Shown here: in pieces, positions 1 through 8,884 of the stretch | Layout: every line of letters starts with the position of its first letter | Numbering within the stretch: the first letter of the stretch is position 1 | Position numbers and translations under genes: made by a program | Sequence record: OZ035789.1 | Length of the DNA stretch: 64,000 nucleotides | Source of the DNA: Tequatrovirus BCH953P4 | Direction: 5' to 3' (one strand) | Notes under the pieces: model-generated | Seen by the model: the letters and a program-made list of their open reading frames with translations, nothing else | Databases searched by the model: none | Told to the model about the DNA's origin: nothing

Positions 1-1053
1 AAAATTATCGGCGGGAATGGTTATAATGCTAATTCTCCTGAACAAGCATCTGTAAGTGAAATTGTTCTTAGAACTGGTAATAATAATCCTAAATCTATTA
101 ATGCGGTGCTGTGGTCTAGCACTAGTACCAGCCCGTCAAACATTGCTACAGTGAATACATCTGGCGATGATTATGATGTATATGTATACATGGGCTCTTT
201 TGCCCAATCTTTATTAGTTGAATATGATGCTACAGTGAATATTAGCAATATTTCGGTAATCGGTCTTAATGGTGCATCTCAATCACCGGTAGAAGAATTA
301 CCTGCAGACCATGTACTTGGACACGTGTATAAGATGTATTCCGATGCTCAGATACCTTATCCGGTCGGTGCTCCAATTCCATGGCCACGTGATTCAATTC
401 CTGATGGATTTGCTTTAATGGAAGGCCAGACCTTTGATAAGTCTGCATATCCAAAGCTAGCTATAGCGTATCCTGGTGGTGTTATTCCTGATATGCGAGG
501 CCAGACTATTAAGGGTAAACCGAGCGGTCGTGCTGTGTTGAGTGCTGAAGCTGATGGTATTAAGTCCCATACCCATATTGCCTCAGCATCCACTACTGCT
601 TTGTCTGGTACTACAAGCGCTACTGATTTAGGGACTAAAACTGTTAGTACAACAGATCTAGGCCGTAAACATACTAACACCGCTGGTGCACATACTCATA
701 CAGTATCCGGTACAACGAGTACTGACGGTAGGCACGCACACACTGCTTCACTTGGTAACAACGCTAACGTTCAGTCCGGTAGATTTGCAGCATCCAATTC
801 CGGTCAGACAGCAACGACATGGACAAACGAGGATGGTCTACACTCACACACGTGGTCAGGTACTACGTCAGTAGGTCCAGAGCACAGTCACTATACTGAT
901 ATCGGTACACATAACCATACGGTGGCTATAGGTTCACATACTCACACGTTTTCTATTGCTGCTCATGACCATACGATTACTGTAAATAGTACAGGTAATA
1001 CAGAAAACACGGTTAAAAACATTGCTTTTAACTACATCGTTCGTTTAGCATAA
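1..1053 (+). CDS. 37: Long tail fibre distal subunit gp37, C-terminal part (5' end lies outside the window)
   Basis: Open frame from nt 1 to TAA at 1051-1053; His-rich HxH repeat tip typical of T4-type gp37; followed by 38 and t. Confidence 0.85.
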   Translation, partial: KIIGGNGYNANSPEQASVSEIVLRTGNNNPKSINAVLWSSTSTSPSNIATVNTSGDDYDVYVYMGSFAQSLLVEYDATVNISNISVIGLNGASQSPVEELPADHVLGHVYKMYSDAQIPYPVGAPIPWPRDSIPDGFALMEGQTFDKSAYPKLAIAYPGGVIPDMRGQTIKGKPSGRAVLSAEADGIKSHTHIASASTTALSGTTSATDLGTKTVSTTDLGRKHTNTAGAHTHTVSGTTSTDGRHAHTASLGNNANVQSGRFAASNSGQTATTWTNEDGLHSHTWSGTTSVGPEHSHYTDIGTHNHTVAIGSHTHTFSIAAHDHTITVNSTGNTENTVKNIAFNYIVRLA

Positions 1054-1083
1054 GGAGAGGGGCTTCGGCCCCTTCTAAATATG
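1053..1083 (+). promoter_or_regulatory. Split ribosome-binding site of gene 38: SD AGGAG (1053-1057), GGGGC-TTCG-GCCCC hairpin (1059-1072), ATG at 1081
   Basis: Read directly; SD is 23 nt from ATG unless the hairpin forms; matches my recollection of the T4 gene 38 initiation region. Confidence 0.6.
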
Positions 1084-1632
1084 AAAATCTATCATTATTA
1101 TTTTGACACGAAAGAATTTTACAAAGAAGAAAATTACAAACCGATTAAAGGCATTGGTCTTCCTGCTCATTCAACAAATAAAAAACCTTTAGATCCTAAA
1201 GAAGGATACGCAGTTGTATTTGATGAACGTACTCAGGATTGGATTTATGAAGAAGACCATCGTGGTAAACGAGCATGGACTTTTAATAAAGAAGAAATTT
1301 TTATAAGTGACATTGGAAGCCCGGTTGGTATAACCTTTGATGAGCCCGGCGAATTTGATATATGGACTGATGATGGCTGGAAAGAAGACGAAACATATAA
1401 ACGTGTTTTAATTCGTAATAGAAAAATTGAAGAATTATATAGAGAGTTCCAAGTTTTAAATAATATGATTGAAGCTTCTGTCGCCAATAAAAAGGAAAAA
1501 TTCTATTATAAAAACCTTAAGCGGTTCTTTGCTCTTTTAGAAAAACATGAGCATTTAGGTGGTGAATTCCCTGCATGGCCTGAAAAAGAACAGAAGCCTT
1601 GGTATAAGCGTTTATTCAAGCATTACGTATAA
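1081..1632 (+). CDS. 38: gp38, tail fibre assembly chaperone (183 aa)
   Basis: ORF track; length and sequence T4 gp38-like; position between 37 and t. Confidence 0.9.
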   Translation: MKIYHYYFDTKEFYKEENYKPIKGIGLPAHSTNKKPLDPKEGYAVVFDERTQDWIYEEDHRGKRAWTFNKEEIFISDIGSPVGITFDEPGEFDIWTDDGWKEDETYKRVLIRNRKIEELYREFQVLNNMIEASVANKKEKFYYKNLKRFFALLEKHEHLGGEFPAWPEKEQKPWYKRLFKHYV

Positions 1633-1635
1633 ATA
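1628..1635 (+). promoter_or_regulatory. Late promoter TATAAATA upstream of holin gene t
   Basis: Exact TATAAATA 18 nt upstream of ATG 1653, with SD AAGGAGGG. Confidence 0.7.
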
Positions 1636-1652
1636 TCTTAAAAGGAGGGTCT

Positions 1653-2309
1653 ATGGCAGCACCTAGAATATCATTTTCGCCCTCTGATATTCTGTTTGGT
1701 GTTCTAGATCGCTTGTTCAAAGATAACGCTACCGGGAAAGTTCTTGCTTCTCGGGTAGCTGTCGTAATTCTTTTGTTTATAATGGCGATTGTTTGGTATA
1801 GGGGAGATAGTTTCTTTGAGTACTACAAGCAATCAAAGTATGAAACATACAGTGAAATTATTGAAAAGGAAAGAAATGCACGCTTTGAATCTGTCGCCCT
1901 GGAACAACTCCAGATAGTTCATATATCATCTGAGGCAGACTTTAGTGCGGTGTATTCTTTCCGCCCTAAAAACTTAAACTATTTTGTTGATATTATAGCA
2001 TATGAAGGAAAATTACCTTCAACAATAAGTGAAAAATCACTTGGAGGATATCCCGTTGATAAAACTATGGATGAATATGCAGTTCATTTAAACGGACGTC
2101 ATTATTATTCCAACTCAAAATTTGCTTTTTTACCAACTAAAAAGCCTACTCCCGAAATAAACTACATGTACAGTTGTCCATATTTTAATTTGGATAATAT
2201 CTATGCTGGAACGATAACCATGTACTGGTATAGAAATGATCATATAAGTAATGACCGCCTTGAATCAATATGTGCTCAGGCGGCCAGAATATTAGGAAGG
2301 GCTAAATAA
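1653..2309 (+). CDS. t: Holin / lysis timing protein T (218 aa)
   Basis: ORF track; N-terminal TM segment; T4 holin length and sequence. Confidence 0.92.
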   Translation: MAAPRISFSPSDILFGVLDRLFKDNATGKVLASRVAVVILLFIMAIVWYRGDSFFEYYKQSKYETYSEIIEKERNARFESVALEQLQIVHISSEADFSAVYSFRPKNLNYFVDIIAYEGKLPSTISEKSLGGYPVDKTMDEYAVHLNGRHYYSNSKFAFLPTKKPTPEINYMYSCPYFNLDNIYAGTITMYWYRNDHISNDRLESICAQAARILGRAK

Positions 2310-2582
2310 TTATTTGTTCGTATACATCTCTAGATATCGATATACACCCTCAAAACCCTCGTTGAATTCGTCGATGAGGGTTTTCTTATCTTCTTGAGTT
2401 AATTCAGAAACAATTTTACGGAATGAATTCTGATTTAATTTTCTACCTTCATGCGTTACTCCAATCTCATTCAGAAATGCAATAAAATTAGCACGATTCT
2501 CAACAATATCTTCTCTGGAAAATTTAATCAAAATAGACGCAACAGTAATAATTTCACGAACTGTATCGATGTTTTTATTCAT
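2310..2582 (-). CDS. asiA: Anti-sigma70 factor AsiA (90 aa)
   Basis: ORF track; sequence recognised as T4 AsiA; convergent with t. Confidence 0.93.
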   Translation of the reverse strand: MNKNIDTVREIITVASILIKFSREDIVENRANFIAFLNEIGVTHEGRKLNQNSFRKIVSELTQEDKKTLIDEFNEGFEGVYRYLEMYTNK

Positions 2583-2594
2583 TAACTATACCAC

Positions 2595-2747
2595 TCAATT
2601 AGTTGACTTTGTTATAATATCATCAGACGCTTGATTTGTAAACTGGTCTGTGTTATTTTCTTCAAAAATTTTTTCTACGAATTCCTTGAACGACTCACGT
2701 TCCTGAGCTACATTATGCTCGATTACCTTTTCAAGATTATGACTCAT
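2595..2747 (-). CDS. Small hypothetical protein (50 aa), start overlaps arn stop (ATGA)
   Basis: Hand translation MSHNLEKVIEHNVAQERESF...; not in ORF track (below length cutoff). Confidence 0.3.
   Translation of the reverse strand: MSHNLEKVIEHNVAQERESFKEFVEKIFEENNTDQFTNQASDDIITKSTN
2614..2643 (-). promoter_or_regulatory. Early sigma70-type promoter upstream of asiA (-35 TTTACA, 17 bp, -10 TATTAT)
   Basis: Plus strand shows ATAATA (2614-2619) and TGTAAA (2637-2642), i.e. minus-strand -10 and -35 at canonical spacing. Confidence 0.55.
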
Positions 2748-3022
2748 TCGAAATAATCTTCAATTTCGTAATCATGGACATAAAACATTATAGTTTTTAA
2801 TACATCATCGATACTTTTTCCTGGAGCTGGAATTACGTAGAAATATCCTGCTTTTGAGAGGTCTTTATAAGTTCCAATCAAGAAATCATTATTCTCAAGA
2901 TGCAGTTCTTCAACTAATTCATTAACAATTGAGTGGTATAAATTTGGTAGAAACTTATATAGCTTTTCTAGAATATCAATTTTGATTGTGTATTGAATCA
3001 CAGACTGAGAATCAATAATCAT
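2744..3022 (-). CDS. arn: Anti-restriction nuclease Arn-like protein (92 aa)
   Basis: ORF track; length and position (between asiA and motA) as in T4. Confidence 0.65.
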   Translation of the reverse strand: MIIDSQSVIQYTIKIDILEKLYKFLPNLYHSIVNELVEELHLENNDFLIGTYKDLSKAGYFYVIPAPGKSIDDVLKTIMFYVHDYEIEDYFE

Positions 3023-3105
3023 AGACCTTCCCCTTATGTTTCTGTTTGCGATTAGATTCTTTAAACGCTTTCTTCTTATCCTTATGAACAGAAGCTTTAT
3101 TAAAA

Positions 3106-3324
3106 TTATGTTTTGCGACTAAATTGTTCATAATGCTGAATTACCTCTCTTAAACATTTGCATGTGAATGAAAACTTTTTAGCTACACCACATTCAAATA
3201 TATGTTCTCTTAAATCACGTGTATCAGTATATCCCATCTCAACAATAAAATGCCGTATTAGATTTTTATCTTTATCATTGAGAGAATTAAAATAATCAGA
3301 TTTTGAATTAATTTCCCTGGCCAA
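3106..3324 (-). CDS. Hypothetical protein (72 aa; track start is TTG)
   Basis: ORF track; arn-motA variable region. Confidence 0.4.
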   Translation of the reverse strand: MAREINSKSDYFNSLNDKDKNLIRHFIVEMGYTDTRDLREHIFECGVAKKFSFTCKCLREVIQHYEQFSRKT

Positions 3325-3604
3325 ATTGAATCACCTTCAGTTGACGTTTTAACTCTTTTATCATTTCTTCGTTCATCGCAATATAAAGATCGCGTAAAGC
3401 AGGTTTTAGCATTCCATTTACTGGAGAACTAAATGGACATATATAATCTTTTCCTACAAGCTTTTTGGTGAATTCCATATCACAGAACTTAAATCCCGGC
3501 TCATTGGTATAAATTCCCCAATTAGTTGACATCATTTTGTTAGCATATTCCAGTGCCTGGATTTGATTCATAATTCCATCAATTTGAAACTGTTTAATAT
3601 TCAT
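3308..3604 (-). CDS. Hypothetical protein (98 aa)
   Basis: ORF track; ATG start; TAATG overlap with upstream gene. Confidence 0.55.
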   Translation of the reverse strand: MNIKQFQIDGIMNQIQALEYANKMMSTNWGIYTNEPGFKFCDMEFTKKLVGKDYICPFSSPVNGMLKPALRDLYIAMNEEMIKELKRQLKVIQFGQGN

Positions 3605-4062
3605 TAGTAAAGGTCCTCAGAGTAAAGTTCTTTTTCACTACCACGTTCAATACGTACTTGTCCAGCGTAAGTTGCAATAATCATTGCTTCTTCACGTGTC
3701 CAATAATTACTATATTGGTCAATAAACCCTTGGTCATCATCACAAACTTGCTGAGTAACTAATTGAGGTTTAACTACATCTAAAACTTCTGCCATATCTT
3801 TAGAATAATGACGAGCACCTGGAATAACAAGAGTTCGTCCATCTTTTAATTTAAAACGGTTGGCTGCGCAAACAATTCGTCGTTGATACTTTTGGTTTTC
3901 ATCCCAGTACGCAGTCTGCCAACAGATTTCAGGAACTTCTTTCAGAATATCTTCTTCTGTGCATTTATAACCATGCGCTTTAAATTTTTGAACAAGACTC
4001 TCCGGAGTCTCACGAGATAAAAGCACATTCAGCATTTTTAAACGATTAATAAATGGGTTCAT
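3604..4062 (-). CDS. Hypothetical protein (152 aa)
   Basis: ORF track; ATG start. Confidence 0.55.
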   Translation of the reverse strand: MNPFINRLKMLNVLLSRETPESLVQKFKAHGYKCTEEDILKEVPEICWQTAYWDENQKYQRRIVCAANRFKLKDGRTLVIPGARHYSKDMAEVLDVVKPQLVTQQVCDDDQGFIDQYSNYWTREEAMIIATYAGQVRIERGSEKELYSEDLY

Positions 4063-4388
4063 TTAAACCATCCTTTAATACGCTGCCACAAAGTTTTCTG
4101 CTGAGCTTTGTTAACACCAATTGAGCGAATAACCGGTTGAGATTCCTGGAATTCTTTATAATCATCAAGGTAAATTTCGTAAGCTGCATCTGTAAATGAA
4201 CTTATTGCTGCCATAAAATTATTGCGAATACCTACTGGAGCATCTTTACTTTCACGAATAATCATGTATTTACCAGTCTTAATCTTTACGATAGTTCCAA
4301 GATAAGCTCCATGATACCAGATGTCCCAACCCTCTTGAGTAGGTTCTGCGCAACGACGAAGTTCATTAACGATTTCTAACTTGTTCAT
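4059..4388 (-). CDS. Hypothetical protein (109 aa)
   Basis: ORF track; ATG start; 4-nt overlap with downstream gene. Confidence 0.55.
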   Translation of the reverse strand: MNKLEIVNELRRCAEPTQEGWDIWYHGAYLGTIVKIKTGKYMIIRESKDAPVGIRNNFMAAISSFTDAAYEIYLDDYKEFQESQPVIRSIGVNKAQQKTLWQRIKGWFK

Positions 4389-4398
4389 TATTTATTCC

Positions 4399-5034
4399 TC
4401 ACAGTTCAGATGCTACAGTGATTACAGCTTCAATGTTTTCTGCCGAGCGTTTAATGTCAAGATACACATTACCGTTTTTAGCGATTTTACATGACATTCC
4501 GATGTCAGTAAATTTCTGAATATGATGTTCCATCATTTTATATCCAAAAATTCGCATATTTCCATTGTTGTTAATTTCAAAATTACGAATTCCGTGAGTG
4601 CGTTTTTCTAAAATGGCAAGATAATTACTGCGATAAGTTTCAACCTTTTTAAGAACAAATCCATTTTCATCTAAAAGTTTTAACATGAGGTCTTTATCTT
4701 CTTCCATATCAGAAGTAATCTCGCGAGCTTTACGAGTTGCTCGTTTTTTCAGCAGTTCCGGAGCATTTTCCTGTGCGTATAAAGTTGCTGCATTTGAAAT
4801 AATATCTTGCGCTTCGCCTGTAATGATTAATCCATCACCTGATTTCTCTACCAGGCCTTTTTTAATTAATACCCCAATATTACTATTAACTACTGCGTTA
4901 CCTAAATCTGGATGCACCTCACGAACTTCTGCAGCTGTAATGAAATCTTTCTTAGCAATGGTAATTAAAATCGCAGCAGTTTTTTCATTCAGAACATCGT
5001 TAGAAGCTTTGATGATGTAAGTTACTTTAGACAT
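4399..5034 (-). CDS. motA: Middle-transcription activator MotA (211 aa)
   Basis: ORF track; sequence recognised as T4 MotA; SD GGAG upstream. Confidence 0.93.
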   Translation of the reverse strand: MSKVTYIIKASNDVLNEKTAAILITIAKKDFITAAEVREVHPDLGNAVVNSNIGVLIKKGLVEKSGDGLIITGEAQDIISNAATLYAQENAPELLKKRATRKAREITSDMEEDKDLMLKLLDENGFVLKKVETYRSNYLAILEKRTHGIRNFEINNNGNMRIFGYKMMEHHIQKFTDIGMSCKIAKNGNVYLDIKRSAENIEAVITVASEL

Positions 5035-5075
5035 TTTCTAATCTCCGTAATTCTGTATCAGTAGTTGATAGTTGT

Positions 5076-5105
5076 ATAGTACCACAGTATGCTTTGGTTG
5101 TAAAC
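5076..5105 (-). promoter_or_regulatory. Early promoter upstream of motA (-35 GTTTACA, 17 bp, extended -10 TGGTACTAT)
   Basis: Plus strand ATAGTA-CCA (5076-5084) and TGTAAA (5099-5104). Confidence 0.6.
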
Positions 5106-5136
5106 CGTTTTGTGAAAAAAATTTTGAAATAAAAAA

Positions 5137-5156
5137 GGGAGAGCCAAGGCTCTCCC
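5137..5156 (-). terminator. Rho-independent terminator after gene 52 / 52.1-like ORF
   Basis: GGGAGAGCC/GGCTCTCCC stem followed on the minus strand by a T-run. Confidence 0.6.
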
Positions 5157-5161
5157 TAAAA

Positions 5162-5311
5162 TTACTGCATGACTGTGATAACTGTCATGATAACACGTTG
5201 AATTCCGAACGCAAGAAGACCTCCTGCTACGGCTGGAACAACACCTACCCCCGCTAGTAAAATGCCGCCAGATACTAATGCAGCGCTTGTAATACCAATG
5301 AATGGACTCAT
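5162..5311 (-). CDS. Small hydrophobic peptide (49 aa), ATG overlaps gene 52 stop (ATGA)
   Basis: Hand translation MSPFIGITSAALVSGGILLAGVGVV...; not in ORF track. Confidence 0.4.
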   Translation of the reverse strand: MSPFIGITSAALVSGGILLAGVGVVPAVAGGLLAFGIQRVIMTVITVMQ

Positions 5312-6636
5312 TTGATTTCCTCTAAATCTTTGGTGTATTCGGTAACTACATCAGTAGTTTTCCAATATTCGTTTTCTTCTTTCTTAGCTTTAGCTTCTTC
5401 AGCAAGTTTCTTTGCTTCATCGGAAGTCATATGAAAAATATTCATTCCAACTAGTTTATCAACATAAGAAGAATACATCTCAATTTTAGAAAGTTCTTCG
5501 GTCAGTTCTTTACGAGTTTTACCCTGTACAACAATTTCACCTGAAATTACTTTCTTAATGAAATGCGCCTTGGCAAAGGCTAAACGAAAAGCTGACTCAG
5601 TTTCTTTAATTTTGTTATCAATTCGTTTTTGGACATAAGTTTTACGAACTTCAACGAAGTCTTTAATTAAATCAACTACGTTATCGTAAACTTGTAGTTT
5701 TCCTTTCTCATTAATAACCGTAATATTCTGAGAACGACGCTCAATCAACCCGAAGTCTTTCATAATTTTTGCATGACGTTCTTCTTCATTATCGCTCAAA
5801 GAATATTCTTTGCGGAATTTAACTTTGAATCCAAAACCATGCTCACCACAAGCATCATCCCATGTAATGAAGCCTTTATCTTCAAGTGGGTCTAAGATTT
5901 TACTCACATAAGTTTCACGATCATACTTATACGGAATCTCAGTGATATGCATTTGAGTTCGTGAAGTAAACTTATATGTTCCACGAATTTCATATTGCCC
6001 ATCAATTTCAACGACTTCACCACGAAATTCTGGGAATTCTACCTTCGGTTTAGTTACTTTCTTTCCTTGAAGAGCTTGCAGTACAGCTTTCTTGACAGAA
6101 GAAACACTATGAGGAAGAATGTAAGTTGCATAACCAGTTGCAATACCGGAAACGCCATTAAGAAGAACAGTAGGAATAATAGGCAAATAGAAAGCAGGCG
6201 GAATGTGTTCTTTATCTTGATGTACCGGAGCATATTCAGTATCTTTATATACGTTATAGAAATTTTTACTTACACGAGCAAAAATATAACGACTTGCCGC
6301 TGCCTTTTGGACAGTACGAGAACCGAAGTTTCCTTGACCATCTAACAAAGGAAAGTTATTATTCCAAGTGTTAGCCATCAAAGCACCTGCGTCTTGTGCA
6401 GAGTTTTCACCATGATGATATCCAAGGTCCGCTACACCACCTGCGATAGAAGCGAGTTTGTGAAACTTATCTTTATTTCCTCGTGCCAAATCAAGAGCTC
6501 GAGCAATAACAAATCGTTGAACTGGCTTAAATCCGTCAATCATATTTGGGATAGCACGATTTTCAACCGTGTACATAGCATAAGCCAATGCTTCATTATC
6601 AATGATACTTTTTAAATCGCGATTATTCAGTTGCAT
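5308..6636 (-). CDS. 52: DNA topoisomerase II medium subunit gp52 (442 aa)
   Basis: ORF track; length identical to T4 gp52; position between motA and ac. Confidence 0.9.
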   Translation of the reverse strand: MQLNNRDLKSIIDNEALAYAMYTVENRAIPNMIDGFKPVQRFVIARALDLARGNKDKFHKLASIAGGVADLGYHHGENSAQDAGALMANTWNNNFPLLDGQGNFGSRTVQKAAASRYIFARVSKNFYNVYKDTEYAPVHQDKEHIPPAFYLPIIPTVLLNGVSGIATGYATYILPHSVSSVKKAVLQALQGKKVTKPKVEFPEFRGEVVEIDGQYEIRGTYKFTSRTQMHITEIPYKYDRETYVSKILDPLEDKGFITWDDACGEHGFGFKVKFRKEYSLSDNEEERHAKIMKDFGLIERRSQNITVINEKGKLQVYDNVVDLIKDFVEVRKTYVQKRIDNKIKETESAFRLAFAKAHFIKKVISGEIVVQGKTRKELTEELSKIEMYSSYVDKLVGMNIFHMTSDEAKKLAEEAKAKKEENEYWKTTDVVTEYTKDLEEIK

Positions 6637-6773
6637 AAATTTACCATACTAGTGAATGTAGTGCCATAATAACATCAGAAATGAAAAGCACGACTTGAAT
6701 TAATCCGAACATTACTCCATAATATAGTGCTATTAATAAAATAGCAAGGGCTAATGAATAGCCCAAGATTTTC

Positions 6774-6929
6774 TTAATCATTAGATAACAACACAAATGT
6801 TAAATATGCGCACATACCCTGGGCTAAAGCTTGTGAAAACACACTGCTAGCATCGATACAGATAGTTAAAACACATGCTACTATCCAACAAATAAATGAA
6901 ATAACTCCTAATAATTTTGCGATATTCAT
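6774..6929 (-). CDS. ac: Acriflavine-resistance-like small membrane protein (51 aa from ATG; track start is TTG)
   Basis: ATG at 6929 preceded by GAGGA; hydrophobic; T4 ac position. Confidence 0.5.
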   Translation of the reverse strand: MNIAKLLGVISFICWIVACVLTICIDASSVFSQALAQGMCAYLTFVLLSND

Positions 6930-6983
6930 AATATTCTCCTCAACTATTTTTAGAACCAATGTACGCGAATAATGATAAAATCG

Positions 6984-7094
6984 CTAATACGCCCTGAGCT
7001 GATGCTTGCAAAATACTGAAGTTTCTCCAGTTATTACTGTTCCGATGCATAAAAAGAACCAACAGAAAAAGGCTATACCGTGAACAAATTTCAT
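6984..7094 (-). CDS. ac-like small membrane peptide (36 aa)
   Basis: Hand translation MKFVHGIAFFCWFFLCIGTVITGETSVFCKHQLRAY; resembles the neighbouring ac product. Confidence 0.3.
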   Translation of the reverse strand: MKFVHGIAFFCWFFLCIGTVITGETSVFCKHQLRAY

Positions 7095-7101
7095 ATTTTC
7101 C

Positions 7102-7182
7102 TCACTGGCGTCCGAAGACGCCTTTGGTTTTAAGATTGTTACGATAGAACTGCATCACGTGTTCGTTGTGGAAATTACTCAT
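7102..7182 (-). CDS. stp: Stp peptide (26 aa), [26 protein letters not shown]
   Basis: Hand translation; matches the T4 Stp sequence as I recall it; ATG overlaps ndd stop (TAATG); not in ORF track. Confidence 0.8.
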
Positions 7183-7640
7183 TAATATGCCTGCAAAACA
7201 AATTTAAAGTTATCAGCCAACATACGGTTCATTTCTTCAAGTGTTTGATACTCAGAATGATGATTACGAGTAAACGCCAAAGCTAACTGACCTTTACCAA
7301 ATCCCGTCGTCAGAGGTTTCATCTTAGAAGCAGGCAGATAAAACACTGTGTATGGAACATTGTTATTTGCAATAGTACGCGCAAGTTGAGACCGGCGTTG
7401 ACGAATATGACTTAAAACCGCACTGAATCCTTGCTTAGAACGCTGATTACCTACATAAAATCGTGCAGACACACATGGATTACTAAATGGACGACCATCT
7501 AATTTACTTACTAAAAAGTAAAATCCAGGTTTAGATAAAATATCTTTATGTGGAGTTCCTAAAAACCATTCACCACCCTTGATTGTACCAATAACAGTAG
7601 CGCCTGCGTTGTTCAGATCAGTAACAGTCATATATTTCAT
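7182..7640 (-). CDS. ndd: Nucleoid disruption protein Ndd (152 aa from ATG at 7640)
   Basis: Sequence [13 protein letters not shown]... recognised as T4 Ndd; track N-terminal extension rejected. Confidence 0.88.
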
Positions 7641-7700
7641 ATTAATTTCCTCTAAATTATTTTCTACTCCAAGGCCGCATGAATACACACGGCCATTAAA

Positions 7701-7916
7701 TTAATCGTCGCAGTCGACGCTCAATTCCCAAAACTCTTCTACGGTATAAGTTTCAGTATCATTTTCAATACAGAAACGTTCATTACTGTTATTTACTAAA
7801 GTAGCGTTAACTGTCATTTTCTCGCTGGTGCTCTTAAGAGGCGAAATACGAATTAACTGATCACCGTTATCTAAACAAAAAATTTCACCAACTTTTACAT
7901 CTTTAAAAATTTTCAT
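7701..7916 (-). CDS. Hypothetical protein (71 aa)
   Basis: ORF track; ndd-denB variable region. Confidence 0.45.
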   Translation of the reverse strand: MKIFKDVKVGEIFCLDNGDQLIRISPLKSTSEKMTVNATLVNNSNERFCIENDTETYTVEEFWELSVDCDD

Positions 7917-7924
7917 AATTCACC

Positions 7925-8035
7925 TCAAGGAGTATAAAATCCAAATGCAGTTGTTGACCATCCCATCCAATATGGAAAATTTGCACCAATGTAAAACATA
8001 AGAATATAAAACCAAATGTTTAGTAAATTCATCAT
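7925..8035 (-). CDS. Tiny hydrophobic peptide (36 aa)
   Basis: Hand translation MMNLLNIWFYILMFYIGANFPYWMGW...; ATGA overlap with upstream ORF. Confidence 0.3.
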   Translation of the reverse strand: MMNLLNIWFYILMFYIGANFPYWMGWSTTAFGFYTP

Positions 8036-8250
8036 TTTACGCCATTCCAAATTGTTTCAACTACGGATTTTAAACCATTTTGATGAATATCAATTCCGAC
8101 TACTGTCATCAAATAGATTCCAACTACAACTGAACCTAAGGCAAAAATCAGCATGAAAATGAATAAAGCCGGAAAAATATTATCGAAAAACCATTCAATA
8201 AATGTAAAAGCACTGCGTTTACGCTTCATATTTTCCTCACATAAATCCAA
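8032..8250 (-). CDS. Small membrane protein (72 aa)
   Basis: ORF track; hydrophobic. Confidence 0.45.
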   Translation of the reverse strand: MDLCEENMKRKRSAFTFIEWFFDNIFPALFIFMLIFALGSVVVGIYLMTVVGIDIHQNGLKSVVETIWNGVK

Positions 8251-8350
8251 AGTAAACGTTTAATACATCAATCATTAAAACGATTGGGAATATACTCAAA
8301 ACTAATAGTATTATAACTACATTCCATATAGCTTTAATAATCTTTTTCAT
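8237..8350 (-). CDS. Small membrane peptide (37 aa from ATG at 8350)
   Basis: Track ORF trimmed: its N-terminus is translated promoter/leader; ATG 8350 has SD GGAGG. Confidence 0.4.
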   Translation of the reverse strand: MKKIIKAIWNVVIILLVLSIFPIVLMIDVLNVYFGFM

Positions 8351-8378
8351 TTTCTGTTCCTCCGTAGTTGATAGGGTA

Positions 8379-8408
8379 ATAATACCACAGAGGAACAGTC
8401 TTGTAAAC
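8379..8408 (-). promoter_or_regulatory. Early promoter (-35 GTTTACA, 17 bp, -10 TGGTATTAT)
   Basis: Plus strand ATAATA-CCA (8379-8387) and TGTAAAC (8402-8408). Confidence 0.6.
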
Positions 8409-8593
8409 AACTTTTTTAAAAATATTCGTAATAAATGTGAATACCAACTACTACCGCTGAAACCTGTGCAACCCACCACGCACAAGCAATAAGTATAGAA
8501 TTCATAATTTTCATAATAACCTCATTACAAAAGTAAATGTTAAACAAATTACTGGAATACTAATTAACCAAACAAAACACCACCACAGTGAAC

Positions 8594-8857
8594 TCATAGC
8601 TCAATCTCAATGATTTCAAGATTATTTTCTTTAATAGCTTTCTTTAAATCATCGTAAATAAGAACTTCCCAAGAATTGTTTAAATCACCATTCAACAAAC
8701 GCTCTTGTTGCAATTTATCAGTAAGATATGGTTGATCTGATTCATATTTAGACAATCCCAATGAAATAAATGATGTTGCATCATCAATTTCAGAATATTG
8801 TACATAAACAAATTCACCTGTGATTTTATGTTTAACATAAAAGAATTTAAATTTCAT
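8594..8857 (-). CDS. Hypothetical protein (87 aa)
   Basis: ORF track; ATG with SD GGAGG. Confidence 0.55.
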   Translation of the reverse strand: MKFKFFYVKHKITGEFVYVQYSEIDDATSFISLGLSKYESDQPYLTDKLQQERLLNGDLNNSWEVLIYDDLKKAIKENNLEIIEIEL

Positions 8858-8884
8858 TTTTGTTCCTCCGTAGTTGATAGGGTA

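Noticed and set aside
266-874. ORFs 266-454 (-), 357-680 (-) and 686-874 (+) inside gene 37
   Set aside because: They lie entirely within the gp37 coding region in other frames or antisense, with no SD or promoter; treated as shadow ORFs.
4685-6615. Plus-strand ORFs antisense to motA and gene 52 (4685-5020, 5072-5257, 5995-6345, 6394-6615)
   Set aside because: Antisense to well-supported genes; 5072-5257 runs through a terminator hairpin and the 52.1-like peptide gene; no RBS.
8237-8485. Full-length track ORFs 8237-8485, 17450-17989 and 62648-63235 with N-terminal extensions
   Set aside because: The extra N-terminal codons are translated promoter and leader sequence upstream of a clear SD+ATG; the shorter ATG-initiated ORFs are reported instead.
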